Of a DNA stretch of 64,000 nucleotides, positions 40,687 through 50,522 are shown piece by piece. The DNA is from an uncultured Oscillospiraceae bacterium. GTDB lineage: Bacteria > Bacillota > Clostridia > Oscillospirales > Oscillospiraceae. Location of the stretch: the NCBI GenBank assembly GCA_910589155.1, contig CAJURY010000004.1, positions 29,157 through 93,156 on the forward strand. The letters are read 5' to 3'. The notes beneath the pieces are model-generated. The model was not told the DNA's origin and made no database searches. It was given only the letters and a program-made list of their open reading frames with translations. The translations under genes and the position numbers were made by a program. Numbering within the stretch: position 1 is the first letter of the stretch; every line of letters starts with the position of its first letter.

Positions 40687-40765
40687 AATGTATATTTAGG
40701 TTTTTTGACAATCTGAATCCCCATGCCGCCCGGCAGGGGGATTTTGCTTGCTGAACCGCGAATGC

Positions 40766-42559
40766 TTACACCCGCTTGGATTTGGTTGCGTTTTCCATAA
40801 GGCACTGGGCAAGGAAGGCTTCAAAGGCCACAACGCCCTCGTCCCCGCCGGCGCGGGTACGCACAGCGACCGTGCCGTTTTCCGCTTCCTGGTCGCCCAC
40901 CACCAGCATATAGGGGATCTTTTCCTTCTGGGCTTCCCGAATCTTGTAGCCCAGCTTTTCAGAGCGGAAATCGCCCTCCGCCCGGATGCCTGCATCCTTC
41001 AGCTTCCCGACGATCTCCTCGGTGTAGGCGTGGGCGCGATCCGTGATGGGCAGCACCTTCACCTGGGTGGGCGACATCCACAAGGGCAGCGCGCCGGCAT
41101 ATTTTTCAATGAGGTAGGCTAGCGTCCGCTCGTAGCAGCCAAGGCTGGTGCGGTGAATGATATAGGGACGCTTTTTCTGGCCGTCCGCGTCGGTGTATTC
41201 CATGTCGAACTGCTCCGCCAGAAGCTGATCCACTTGAATGGTGACGATGGTATCCTCCTTGCCGAATACGTTCTTGTACTGAATGTCCAGCTTGGGACCA
41301 TAGAAAGCCGCTTCGTCAATGCCGATGGTGTACTCAACGCCCAGATCGTCCAGAATTTTGCCCATAATGCCTTGGGCTTCCTCCCACTGCTCCGGGGTAC
41401 CGATATATTTTTCCGTGTTGTTGGGATCCCACTGGGAGAAGCGGAAGGTGCAGTCCTCCAGCATCCCCACGGTTTCCAGGCAGTACTTGGCAAGCTCCAG
41501 GCAGCCCCGGAACTCGTCTTCCAGCTGCTCCGGGCGGAGAATCAGGTGACCTTCGGAAATGGTGAATTGGCGCACCCGGATAAGGCCGTGCATTTCCCCG
41601 GAGTCCTCGTTGCGGAACAGCGTGGAGGTCTCTCCCAAGCGCATGGGCAAGTCCCGGTAGGAACGGGCGCGGTTCAAAAAGACCTGATACTGAAAGGGGC
41701 AGGTCATGGGGCGCAAAGCAAAGCATTCCTTGGTTTCGTCCTGGGGATCGCCCAGCACGAACATACCGTCCAGATAGTGATCCCAGTGGCCGGAAATCTT
41801 ATACAGCTCCCGCTTTGCCATGAGGGGGGTCTTGGTGAGCAGGTAGCCGCGCTTTTGCTCCTCGTCCTCTACCCAGCGCTGCAAAAGCTGAATGACCCGC
41901 GCGCCCTTGGGAAGCAAAATTGGCAAGCCCTGGCCGATGACGTCCACGGTGGTAAAGTACTCCAGCTCACGCCCCAGCTTGTTGTGATCGCGTTTTCTGG
42001 CCTCCTCCTGCTTTTGCAAGAAGGCGTCCAGTTCTTCCTTCTTGGGGAAAGCGATACCGTAAATTCTTTGCAGCATTTTCCGCTTGCTGTCTCCCCGCCA
42101 GTACGCGCCGCAGGAGCTGGTAAGCTTAAAGGCGTTGCCCTTGATGCGGCCGGTGGAATCCAGATGAGGGCCGGCGCAAAGATCGGTAAATTCCCCCTGG
42201 GTGTAGAAGGAAATTACCGCGTCCTCCGGCAGATCGTGGATAAGTTCTACCTTGTAGGGTTCGTCCTTTTCCTCCATATAGGCGATGGCTTCGGCGCGGG
42301 GCTTTTCCGTGCGCTCCAAATGCAGCCGCTCCTTGCAGATTTTCTTCATTTCGGCTTCGATTTTGGCAAGATGCTCCGGGGTAAAGGTAAAGGGCGCGTC
42401 AAAATCGTAGTACCAGCCTTCTTCAATGGCGGGACCAATGGCCAGCTTCGCCTCAGGGTACAGCCGCTTTACCGCCTGCGCCATGACGTGGGAGCAGGTG
42501 TGCCAGTAGGTTTTGCGATATTCGGGATTTTCAAAGGTGTAGATGGTTTCTTCAGACAT
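40766..42559 (-). CDS. thrS: Threonine--tRNA ligase (short form without N-terminal TGS domain)
   Basis: Start at MSEETIYTFENPEYRKTYWHTCSHVMAQAV... (ATG 42559, AAAGGAG RBS). Class II motifs and the anticodon-binding C-terminus are present. The 61-codon upstream extension in the track covers the T-box leader and was rejected. Confidence 0.95.
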   Translation of the reverse strand: MSEETIYTFENPEYRKTYWHTCSHVMAQAVKRLYPEAKLAIGPAIEEGWYYDFDAPFTFTPEHLAKIEAEMKKICKERLHLERTEKPRAEAIAYMEEKDEPYKVELIHDLPEDAVISFYTQGEFTDLCAGPHLDSTGRIKGNAFKLTSSCGAYWRGDSKRKMLQRIYGIAFPKKEELDAFLQKQEEARKRDHNKLGRELEYFTTVDVIGQGLPILLPKGARVIQLLQRWVEDEEQKRGYLLTKTPLMAKRELYKISGHWDHYLDGMFVLGDPQDETKECFALRPMTCPFQYQVFLNRARSYRDLPMRLGETSTLFRNEDSGEMHGLIRVRQFTISEGHLILRPEQLEDEFRGCLELAKYCLETVGMLEDCTFRFSQWDPNNTEKYIGTPEQWEEAQGIMGKILDDLGVEYTIGIDEAAFYGPKLDIQYKNVFGKEDTIVTIQVDQLLAEQFDMEYTDADGQKKRPYIIHRTSLGCYERTLAYLIEKYAGALPLWMSPTQVKVLPITDRAHAYTEEIVGKLKDAGIRAEGDFRSEKLGYKIREAQKEKIPYMLVVGDQEAENGTVAVRTRAGGDEGVVAFEAFLAQCLMENATKSKRV

Positions 42560-42613
42560 AAAAATTGCTCCTTTCCTGCAACCTTGGAGAATGCTGCGTA
42601 CCCATGGAGCGCC

Positions 42614-42639
42614 TGAGGGGCGAACCTGTATGTCCGCCC
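42614..42639. repeat. REP-like hairpin inside the thrS 5' UTR
   Basis: TGAGGGGCGAACCTGTATGTCCGCCC, between the T-box terminator and the thrS start codon. Confidence 0.7.
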
Positions 42640-42690
42640 GGCAATCCCATTTTGACACAGCCTCCAGCCGTCGGTTGCGTTTGTATCTTC

Positions 42691-42954
42691 GGGGCAAAAC
42701 AAAACGCCTCACCCCTGAAACTTTCAGGGGTGAGGCGATCAACGCTCCACGGTTCCACCCTGCTTACGGCAAAATTTGCCGTCGCTTGTGATCGCTGTAA
42801 CGGGCGAACCCGTCCCGCCATACTTGCAGCTTCCCGCTTTCCGCCGGGCGGCTCAGAAGTGGTGCAACGCCAAAAAATTTCGCAGAGCCTTTCCAGCGCC
42901 CGGCTCCTCTCTGTGCGCATTTTTGACGTCAGGTCTTCCTCACAGCCTATTTTC
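42691..42954 (-). promoter_or_regulatory. T-box riboswitch leader (Thr, ACC specifier) with its promoter just upstream
   Basis: On the minus strand: promoter TTGACA (42984-42989), 17 nt, TATAGT (42961-42966). Stem I has an AGAGAGGAG motif. The specifier is GTTGCACCACTTC, with ACC at 42861-42863. T-box sequence AGGGTGGAACCGTGG at ~42747-42763. Terminator CGCCTCACCCCTGAAAGTTTCAGGGGTGAGGCG plus TTTTGTTTT at 42691-42737. Confidence 0.85.
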
Positions 42955-43151
42955 ATTCACACTATACCACGCTTTCTCCTTTCTGTCAACTGGATTCTTT
43001 TGGAAAAACAATTTTTTGCAAAATGTTTGTAATTTTTGGTATTCGACGGAAAACCATTGACTTTTTGGCTGTAACAGTTATAATAGCAAAATAATCTCAA
43101 AGCGGTAACAAATTTACCGTAAAGATTTCATTTTGTAAGAAAGGGGCTTTT

Positions 43152-44201
43152 GTGATGAAAAAACAGTTACAATTGCAGCTCATTCGTATGACCGCAGCCT
43201 GCGCAGCCGCGGCTGCCCTAACCTTTGCGCTTTCTCAGGCGGCCTTTGCCGAGAACATTTATCTCATCCGGGACGGCGAGGAGGTGCTGGTGCATACCAC
43301 CAAGCTCACCGACCCGGAGGCGGTTTTGGCGGACGCAGGGGTGAGTCTTGCGGAAGCGGACAGCTATGAGGTAACGGAGTCCGGCGGCGCCATTGACGTA
43401 ACCGTGCAACGCTGCCAAGCAGTCGCCTTGCAAGATGGTACAGAAAAATCCACCCTCAGCACATATTGCCAGACAGTTGGGGAACTTTTGGATCAGCAGG
43501 GTATTGTTTTGGGAGCCATGGACACGGTGACCCCTGGGCGAAGCAGCGCGGTGACAGAGGGCATGACCATTCAAATCAACCGCGTCTGGCAGGAAGAAGC
43601 CTTGGAAGAAGGAAAGCTTCCCTTTGAAACCCTGCGCTATGAGGACGATTCCCTGCCTGCCGGGGAGGAACGGGTGCTGTCTGAAGGAGAAAAAGGAACC
43701 GTCCGGCGGACGGTTACCAAAACCTATAAAAACGGCTATCTGGTAGACAGCCAGGTGACCCAGGAAACCGTTTTGCAAGAGCCGGTTGCCCAGGTGGTGC
43801 TTTGCGGCACCAAGGAAGCGCCAGCGCCCCGCAAGTCCTCCTCCGGCACAGTGCAGGCGGACGAAAACGGCAAAACCATTACGACCGCTTCAGGGGACGT
43901 CATATCCTACAGCCGCAAAATGTCCGTCACAGCCACGGCCTATAGCTGCGAGGGCTACACTGGCACCACCGCCACCGGCACCACCGCCCGGTATGGAGCG
44001 ATTGCGGTGGATCCTACGGTAATTCCCTATGGAACAAGAATGTATATTGTATCCGACGACGGGGCTTATATCTACGGCTACGCCACGGCGGAGGACTGCG
44101 GCGGCGCGATTAAAGGCAATATCATTGACTTATATTTTGATACCATCGCAGAGTGCTACGAATTTGGCCGCAGAAGCTGCACAGTGTACATTTTGGACTA
44201 A
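43152..44201 (+). CDS. YabE-like cell-wall protein (DUF348 repeats, G5 domain, C-terminal 3D/RlpA-like domain)
   Basis: Signal peptide. G5-like segment ...LPFETLRYEDDSLPAGEERVLSEGEKGTVRRTVTKTYKNGYLV.... 3D-domain end ...TATGTTARYGAIAVDPTVIPYGTRMYI.... Promoter TTGACT (43057-43062), 16 nt, TATAAT (43079-43084). Confidence 0.8.
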   Translation: MMKKQLQLQLIRMTAACAAAAALTFALSQAAFAENIYLIRDGEEVLVHTTKLTDPEAVLADAGVSLAEADSYEVTESGGAIDVTVQRCQAVALQDGTEKSTLSTYCQTVGELLDQQGIVLGAMDTVTPGRSSAVTEGMTIQINRVWQEEALEEGKLPFETLRYEDDSLPAGEERVLSEGEKGTVRRTVTKTYKNGYLVDSQVTQETVLQEPVAQVVLCGTKEAPAPRKSSSGTVQADENGKTITTASGDVISYSRKMSVTATAYSCEGYTGTTATGTTARYGAIAVDPTVIPYGTRMYIVSDDGAYIYGYATAEDCGGAIKGNIIDLYFDTIAECYEFGRRSCTVYILD

Positions 44202-44274
44202 CTTGTAAATCATGAAACAGGCTCCTGCTTCCCGTATTGCATAGGAAGCAGGAGCCTGCTTTGCAGCACGCCCA

Positions 44275-44500
44275 CGCATCCTACCATATGCCGTTGGGCG
44301 GGCGGCGCCCGCTGGCGTCGCGTTACCTGCGCCGCTGCTGACTTGCCACACCTTTTGGGGACGCTCGACAAGCACTGCCGTAAAATGCTGTTGTAGGGGC
44401 GAACCTATGTGTCCGCTCGTTTCTGTCCAATTTTCGGCGCAATTTCGTTAGAACGCTGTCATTGCCAGAGGGCGAAGCCGGCGCGGCAATCTTCTGGATA
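44275..44500. repeat. Repeat mosaic (B unit reversed plus truncated C element) between convergent genes
   Basis: B unit at ~44275-44378. REP GTAGGGGCGAACCTATGTGTCCGCTC at 44393-44418, followed by ...CAATTTCGTTAGAACGCTGTCATTGC.... Confidence 0.8.
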
Positions 44501-44531
44501 GGTTCGCATATTGTTGCTGCGCCTGTATCTT

Positions 44532-45698
44532 TTAAGGATGGATGCTTTTGGCGTACTGGGAGGGGGTAATGCCAAACTTTTCCTTAAACTGTCTGGAAAA
44601 ATGGTGCACGGTGGAATACTGTAAAAGCTGCGCAATTTGGGTAAAATTCATACTGCCCTCCCGAATCAGGCGGCGGCTTTCCTCCAGCTTCATGCGCCGG
44701 ATGCATTCCCCCGGCGAAATCTGCATGTTTTTGCGAAACAGCGCGGTAAGATAGGAAGGACTCACCCCCGCTTCCCTGGCGACAACGGGAACGCTGAGCT
44801 TTTCGTACAGGTGCTTGCCGATATACTGCATCGCGTGGCCGATGACCTCGTTTTCGCTGCATAGGGCGTTGGCTGTCTGCAAGGCGGCTTTGGGTTTTTC
44901 CAGCCCCTTGCGGAGCAGGGTCAAAAGCAGGGTTTCCAGCAGACAGATGAGCATATCCTCAGCATAGGGCTTTTGCTCTTTCCATTCCCGGAGCATTTGC
45001 CGCAAAAGCGCCGCGGCGGCCTGATCCGCCTTGCCCTTCAGGTTCAGCAGCGGCGTAAGCTCCCCTGCCGCCAGCTCGAAGGTAATGGTAATATAGCTTG
45101 CCACGCAGTTTGCGTCGGTGTACTGCATATGCCACTGGTTGGAGCCGTAAATGGTAAACTCTCCTTGCGCCAGGGTCATTTCGTGGCCGCCGGAAACCGA
45201 ATGAATGTGACCGCTGTCCACATAGGTCAATTCCAGCATAGGGTGTTTTTCCCCTGGGAAGAAAAATCCCTGCTCCTTTTCCTGATAGAAAAAGGTAAAA
45301 ATACTGCTGACAGCCAGCTTTCTGGTAAGCTGCAAGCTATGCAGAGGCTCCGGCAGATCCGCCGCCTCCGGCCACTGGCCGACTTGAGCCGCCATGCGCA
45401 CGGTAGACGCTTCCGTAAAGGGCAGCAGCGCAAATTTGACCCCCGGCGCAATGGTAACGGGCTTGTCCAGATAAAAAAGCTGAAACGCTCCCGCCAAGCG
45501 CACCGCCAGTACTGTCATGCCAGAAGCGTAGTCCAAATGCACAGGCAGTTGGGAGCAGAACAGACTTTTCTGATACTGCGCCGTGTCCAGCAGGCGAATC
45601 TGCCAGCTATCCTCCTGGGGCATTCGCGCCTCCGCCGGACGCTCCGGGCGGATGCTGCCAAATTTTGCAAAAGACAGCGTATTTAAATTTTCAACCAA
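44532..45698 (-). CDS. AraC-family transcriptional regulator
   Basis: C-terminal dual HTH ...SPSYLTALFRKNMQISPGECIRRMKLEESRRLI...FTQIAQLLQYSTVHHFSRQFKEKFGITPSQY. TTG start 45698 behind GAGGAGGG. Confidence 0.85.
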   Translation of the reverse strand: MVENLNTLSFAKFGSIRPERPAEARMPQEDSWQIRLLDTAQYQKSLFCSQLPVHLDYASGMTVLAVRLAGAFQLFYLDKPVTIAPGVKFALLPFTEASTVRMAAQVGQWPEAADLPEPLHSLQLTRKLAVSSIFTFFYQEKEQGFFFPGEKHPMLELTYVDSGHIHSVSGGHEMTLAQGEFTIYGSNQWHMQYTDANCVASYITITFELAAGELTPLLNLKGKADQAAAALLRQMLREWKEQKPYAEDMLICLLETLLLTLLRKGLEKPKAALQTANALCSENEVIGHAMQYIGKHLYEKLSVPVVAREAGVSPSYLTALFRKNMQISPGECIRRMKLEESRRLIREGSMNFTQIAQLLQYSTVHHFSRQFKEKFGITPSQYAKSIHP

Positions 45699-45865
45699 GC
45701 CGGTTCCCTCCTCTTTTCCTTTGTTTTTGTTATTATATTGTTTTTCGAGACAAAATGCAATCTGCTTCCGCAAACAAAACTGAGTTTGATTTTTTGAAAA
45801 CGGTATAAATCCGCTTTTTTGACAAACACTAGCAAGGCAAAAAGCAAACAAGGAGAGAAATATAT

Positions 45866-46408
45866 ATGAAAGCAACCGGCATTGTTCGTCGCATTGACGA
45901 TCTTGGAAGAATCGTAATCCCAAAGGAGATTCGGCGCACGCTGCGCATTCGGGAAGGCGATCCTCTTGAAATTTATACGGAAAAAGACGGCGGGGTGATT
46001 TTCCGCAAGTATTCTCCCATTGGGGACTTGCAGGATTTTGCCGCGCAGATCTGCGAGTCCATGGGGAAAAATACCGACGCCATCGCGGCGGTAGCGGATC
46101 GCGATGCGATTATCGCCCTTTCCGGGGCGCCCAAGCGGGATTTGGTGGACAAGCGCAACAGCGCGGAGCTGGAAGCGCTTATGGAGCAGAGAAAACCCTA
46201 TCGTTATATCCCAGGCGAGACGCCTGTGCGGGCTTCCGAGGCTTCTGAGAAGTATTACGTGGGCGTGGCCGCGCCGATTGTTTCTCAGGGGGATATTATG
46301 GGCTGCGTGCTGCTTTTGTCCGACGATAAGAGCCAGGCGGTGTCTGAGGCGGATCAGAAGGTTGCCCAGACCATGGCGGGCTTTCTTGGTACGCAAATTG
46401 AAAGCTGA
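45866..46408 (+). CDS. spoVT: Stage V sporulation protein T (AbrB-family regulator)
   Basis: MKATGIVRRIDDLGRIVIPKEIRRTLRIREGDPLEIYT... SpoVT/AbrB swapped-hairpin N-terminus plus a GAF-like C-terminal domain; 180 aa. Confidence 0.9.
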   Translation: MKATGIVRRIDDLGRIVIPKEIRRTLRIREGDPLEIYTEKDGGVIFRKYSPIGDLQDFAAQICESMGKNTDAIAAVADRDAIIALSGAPKRDLVDKRNSAELEALMEQRKPYRYIPGETPVRASEASEKYYVGVAAPIVSQGDIMGCVLLLSDDKSQAVSEADQKVAQTMAGFLGTQIES

Positions 46409-46447
46409 GAAGGCCGACGGGACGGCCGCAAGACAGTTTCAGGAAAA

Positions 46448-46488
46448 GCATGTAGGGCGGCATTTGGATGCCGCCCTACATGCTTTTT
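46448..46488 (+). terminator. spoVT terminator built on a GTAGGGCGGC-type stem
   Basis: GCATGTAGGGCGGCAT-TTGG-ATGCCGCCCTACATGC followed by TTTTT. Confidence 0.8.
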
Positions 46489-46613
46489 ATCCTGTAAAAA
46501 TGTCCCCCGTCATAGCCGGGGGCAATGCCCACGCAGAAATCCAGCAATACCCATCCGGGCATTTGTAAATTTGCGCGGCAGATGGTTTTCCCCGTATAAC
46601 CGAACGGTATCCC

Positions 46614-47022
46614 GTAGGGGCGCGCCTGCGTGTTCGCCCCGCCGGAAGGCAGTTTCCAATTTGTCATTGCGAACCTCGTCGGGGCAAACTCCAATGCGTA
46701 TGTTCCGGCGCTTGCGCCGGAACATACAGAATTTCGTTGCCCCTCCTCTCCAAACCGAACCCACTTCGCTGAGCTTCGGTTTGGTTGTTCGCTTTCACTG
46801 GTGTGGCAATCTGAAACAGCTTTGTGTGGAAAGCCTACGTCGGCTGCGCCTTTCCGCAATGACGGCGCTTTTACGGAATTGCGCCCAAAATTGGACAGAA
46901 ATGGGCGGACACATAGGTCTGCCCCTGCGCCAATATTTCAGGGCAGTTCCTGTCGAGTGTCCCCCAAGGGGGTGGCAGGTTTGCAGCGGTGTTCATAACG
47001 AATTGCCCACGGATGCTGCCCG
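46614..47022. repeat. Full C element (inverted relative to 8450-8767) plus one B unit
   Basis: REP ends at 46614-46640 and 46903-46928. B unit at 46932-47022, ending 5 nt from the CBS gene stop codon. Confidence 0.9.
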
Positions 47023-47026
47023 TATT

Positions 47027-47455
47027 TTAGCGTCTCGCTACATTAGAGCAGATTTCCGAAAAGGCCTCCGCCGCTTCCATGGAAAACTTCTCCGTACACG
47101 CCAGGTCGCCCAGAGATACCATGCCGCAGAGCTTCCCGTTTTCCTCTACCGGTAACCGCCGTACCTGCTCGCGGCTCATACGCTCTGCCGCTTCCTCCAG
47201 GCACATGTCCGCCCCCACGGTCACTACATGGCCGGTCATGACCTGCCGCACGGGGGTGCGCTCCGGGTTATGCTCCGCCGCCACACAACGCAGCACAATG
47301 TCCCGGTCCGTCACCATGCCCTGAATTTTCCCCGCCCCGTCGCAAACCGGCAGCGCTCCCAGATTATACCGCGACAGCATTCTTGCCGCTACCCCAATAG
47401 ACTCTTCCGGGCTGATGCGAATGACGCGCTTTGTCATAACGTCCCGAACCTTCAT
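47027..47455 (-). CDS. CBS domain pair protein
   Basis: MKVRDVMTKRVIRISPEESI...GMVTDRDIVLRCV...MTGHVVTV...LPVEENGKLCGMVSLGDL: two CBS repeats. Confidence 0.8.
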   Translation of the reverse strand: MKVRDVMTKRVIRISPEESIGVAARMLSRYNLGALPVCDGAGKIQGMVTDRDIVLRCVAAEHNPERTPVRQVMTGHVVTVGADMCLEEAAERMSREQVRRLPVEENGKLCGMVSLGDLACTEKFSMEAAEAFSEICSNVARR

Positions 47456-47612
47456 AAAAATTCCTCCTGTAAAAAATTATTTCTAAAAAATCATACCCGC
47501 TGCAAAGCCTTTCCATACATCGCCCGTTTTTTTGTTCTTGACAATCGATGGTCTGGATCGTATAATCAAAAACAATAGTTTTAAAACATAAGTTTTAGAA
47601 AGAAGGAATGTT

Positions 47613-48206
47613 ATGCCGCCCTCAGCCAAATTTACAAAAGAGGAAGTCATTGCCGCCGCGCTGGGCGTTGTACGGGAATCAGGTTTCGACGCTTTAACCG
47701 CCAGAGCCTTAGGCGCAGCGCTTGGCAGTTCCCCCCGGCCAATTTTCACTGTGTTTCAAAGTATGGAGCAGGTGCAGCAGGCAGTTGTGCAAGCCGCCAG
47801 AGATCGATACAACGGTTACATCGCCAAGGCCTTGGCGCCGGACAGAGCGTACCGGCAGAGGTTTAAATCCGTGGGCGCCCAGTATATTCGCTTCGCTACA
47901 GAAGAACCCAAGCTTTTTCAGCTTCTTTTTATGCGAACCCAGGAAGCCGTCCCCGCCTTTTCTCAGGTTTTGGGGCTGATTGAAGAAAACTACAGCGCAA
48001 TTCTTGCCTCGATTCAGGAGGAATACGGACTGCGCCCGGAGGAGGCGAAAGGACTTTACCGGCATCTTTGGATATACAGTCACGGGATCGCATCCCTATG
48101 CGCCACAAAAATGTGCCGTTTCACCGAAGGGGAAATTGGCGCAATGATGACGGAAGTCTGCGTTAGCTTGCTGCGCAGCGGGAAAGGCGGGGAAAAACAT
48201 GATTGA
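47613..48206 (+). CDS. TetR/AcrR-family transcriptional regulator
   Basis: N-terminal HTH FTKEEVIAAALGVVRESGFDALTARALGAALGSSPRPIFTVF. Overlaps the downstream ABC ATPase start. Confidence 0.85.
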   Translation: MPPSAKFTKEEVIAAALGVVRESGFDALTARALGAALGSSPRPIFTVFQSMEQVQQAVVQAARDRYNGYIAKALAPDRAYRQRFKSVGAQYIRFATEEPKLFQLLFMRTQEAVPAFSQVLGLIEENYSAILASIQEEYGLRPEEAKGLYRHLWIYSHGIASLCATKMCRFTEGEIGAMMTEVCVSLLRSGKGGEKHD

Positions 48207-48891
48207 GATAAAAAATCTGCAAAAAAGCTATGGGGCGGGGGAAAGCCGCTGCCATGTGCTGAAGGGACTGGATTTTACCATTCAAACCGGAGACTTTGCC
48301 GTGATTCTAGGGGCTTCCGGCTCTGGTAAATCCACACTTTTGCATATATTGTCGGGATTAGAGTCCCCGGATTGCGGCGAAGTGCGCTATGACGGGGAAA
48401 ATATCGCGTCTTTTTCCGACAAGGAGCTGACAAAATTCCGCAAGGACAACGTGGGCTTTATTTTTCAGCAGTATTTTCTTTTGCCCAACCTGAATGTGGA
48501 GAAAAATGTAAAAATGGGAGCGGAGCTGGCGGACAACCGGGCGTTTCGGGATACCATCGCCGCCGTGGGTCTTGGGGAAAAGCTGGGCAAATACCCTCAT
48601 GAGCTTTCCGGCGGCGAGCAGCAGCGAGTCTGCATTGCAAGGGCGCTGGCGAAAAAACCGAAGGTGCTGTTTTTAGATGAGCCAACCGGCGCGCTGGACG
48701 AGGAGACCGGCCGGCAGGTTCTGCATTACATCAGCCAATTGCAGCGGGAAAACCGGTTTACCATGCTGATGGTGACCCACAATCAGAATATCGCGGAAAT
48801 GGCCAACACAGTGATTTTGATGAACAGCGGAAAAATTTCTGAAATCCGCGCAAACCCGGCGGTGAAAACCGCTTGGGAGATTGGGTGGTGA
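48199..48891 (+). CDS. ABC transporter ATP-binding protein (MacB/FtsE-like)
   Basis: [38 protein letters not shown]. Confidence 0.9.
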   Translation: MIEIKNLQKSYGAGESRCHVLKGLDFTIQTGDFAVILGASGSGKSTLLHILSGLESPDCGEVRYDGENIASFSDKELTKFRKDNVGFIFQQYFLLPNLNVEKNVKMGAELADNRAFRDTIAAVGLGEKLGKYPHELSGGEQQRVCIARALAKKPKVLFLDEPTGALDEETGRQVLHYISQLQRENRFTMLMVTHNQNIAEMANTVILMNSGKISEIRANPAVKTAWEIGW

Positions 48892-48895
48892 CGGT

Positions 48896-50035
48896 ATGCT
48901 GGTCAGTTTGAAAGACGGGGCGAAGCTTGCTGGCGTTTTTCTTGTGGTTTGCTGTGCAGCGCTGATTTGCACCATGTTTTTGAGCTTCTACTTGGACGTT
49001 CTTGCAATCCACAGAGCCATTGTCACAGAAGGGGCGGAATCGTTTTATCAGGCGCAGGTATCTACTGCAAAAGTCGTGATCTTTGTCACCGGCGGGTGTC
49101 TGCTCGTTACCAGCTTGGTGATGCTCCTGTTTTACATCCGGCATTACATTGACGTCCACAAAAAAGAGCTGGGTATTTTGAAGGCCATGGGGTGCGGGGC
49201 GTGGAAAATCGCCGGGCATTTTTGGGTGTTTGGATGCAGCGTATTTTTCGGCGGGGCTGTGGGGTTCGCCGGGGCGCATTTGCTGATCCCACAGTTTTAC
49301 CGGCTGCAAAACAAGGATCATATTCTGCCGGAAATCGTGTTTCATTTCCGCCCTCTGCTTTTTGTGTATCTGGCGGCGATTCCCGCCGCGCTTTTCGCGT
49401 TTGGCTCCGTATGCTACGCCCGCCGGAAGCTGCAAAGCTCCGCCCTTTCTCTTTTGCGGGAGCAGGAATTGGCAGTTGGAAAAAGGCCTCGGCAAGTCGG
49501 CAAAAAAAGTAGGATATTTTTAGCGGATTTGCAAAAAAGCACTGTACGAAGCAAAAAAATTCTTGTGTTTTTCGTTTGGTTTGCGGCGTTTTGCTTCGCC
49601 TCCATGACCCAGATGGCCTTTAGCATGAAAGATCTCGCCAGCGAAATGATGGGCGTTATGATTTTGCTCATCGGTATGCTGCTGGCCTGCACCACGCTTT
49701 TGCTGGCCGTTACCACGGTAGTGCGGGGCAATGCCAAAACCATTGCTATGATGCGCGCTTTTGGCTATTCGGACAGACAATGCAGCCAGGGACTTTTAGG
49801 CGGCTACCGGTGGATTGGGTATTTTGGTTTTCTTCTTGGCACGGCCTATCAATACGGATTGCTGAAGCTCATGGTATACGTGGTTTTTCGGGAAATTTCC
49901 ACGCCGGATTACGGCTTTGACCTGCCAAATTGTCTGCTTTCCTTGGCGGCCTACGCCGTGTTTTATGAAGGGGCGATGTATGTGTATGCCCGGCGTATGA
50001 AAAAGCTATCCGTGAAGGAAATTATGCTTACATAG
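48896..50035 (+). CDS. ABC transporter permease, FtsX-like
   Basis: Multi-TM protein with the KKELGILKAMG FtsX-type motif. ATG 48896 after GGGTGGTGA. Confidence 0.8.
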   Translation: MLVSLKDGAKLAGVFLVVCCAALICTMFLSFYLDVLAIHRAIVTEGAESFYQAQVSTAKVVIFVTGGCLLVTSLVMLLFYIRHYIDVHKKELGILKAMGCGAWKIAGHFWVFGCSVFFGGAVGFAGAHLLIPQFYRLQNKDHILPEIVFHFRPLLFVYLAAIPAALFAFGSVCYARRKLQSSALSLLREQELAVGKRPRQVGKKSRIFLADLQKSTVRSKKILVFFVWFAAFCFASMTQMAFSMKDLASEMMGVMILLIGMLLACTTLLLAVTTVVRGNAKTIAMMRAFGYSDRQCSQGLLGGYRWIGYFGFLLGTAYQYGLLKLMVYVVFREISTPDYGFDLPNCLLSLAAYAVFYEGAMYVYARRMKKLSVKEIMLT

Positions 50036-50462
50036 CGGGCGGGCAAGCGCCCACGGGCATCGCGTTACGTACGCTGATACTGATTTGACACACCCTTGGG
50101 GGACACTCGACAGGAACTGCCCTAAAATGCTGTCGTAGGGGCGGATCTGTGTGTCCGCCCGTTTTTCCCAAAATTCCGGCGCAATTTCGTTAGAACGCCT
50201 GTCATTGCGGAAAGGCGCAGCCGACGTGGCAATCCTTATGGGCTTTCCGCAAAAAGCTGATTTTAGATTGCAACACCCGTGAAAGTGAACAACCAAACCG
50301 AAGCCCAGGGAAGCGGGTTCGGTTTGGAGAGGTGGGGCAACGAAATTCTGTATGTTCCGGCGCTTGCGCCGGAACATACGCATTGGAGTTTGCCCCGACG
50401 AGGTTCGCAACGACAAATTTGAAACTGCCTTCCGCCGGGCGCACACATAGGTGCGCCCCTAC
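50036..50462. repeat. B unit (reversed) plus full C element between convergent genes
   Basis: The B unit begins at the nucleotide after the FtsX-like stop codon. REP ends at 50135-50160 and 50437-50462. Confidence 0.9.
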
Positions 50463-50522
50463 GGCGAAAAATGGATTTTGCCCAAATGGAAGCCCGGCGC
50501 AGTCCATTGCGCCGGGTTTCCT

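Noticed and set aside
42560-42742. 61-codon N-terminal extension of thrS, and ORFs 42552-42956 and 42565-43032
   Set aside because: The region is a T-box leader with a terminator. The true start at 42559 has an RBS and matches ThrRS N-termini of the short form.
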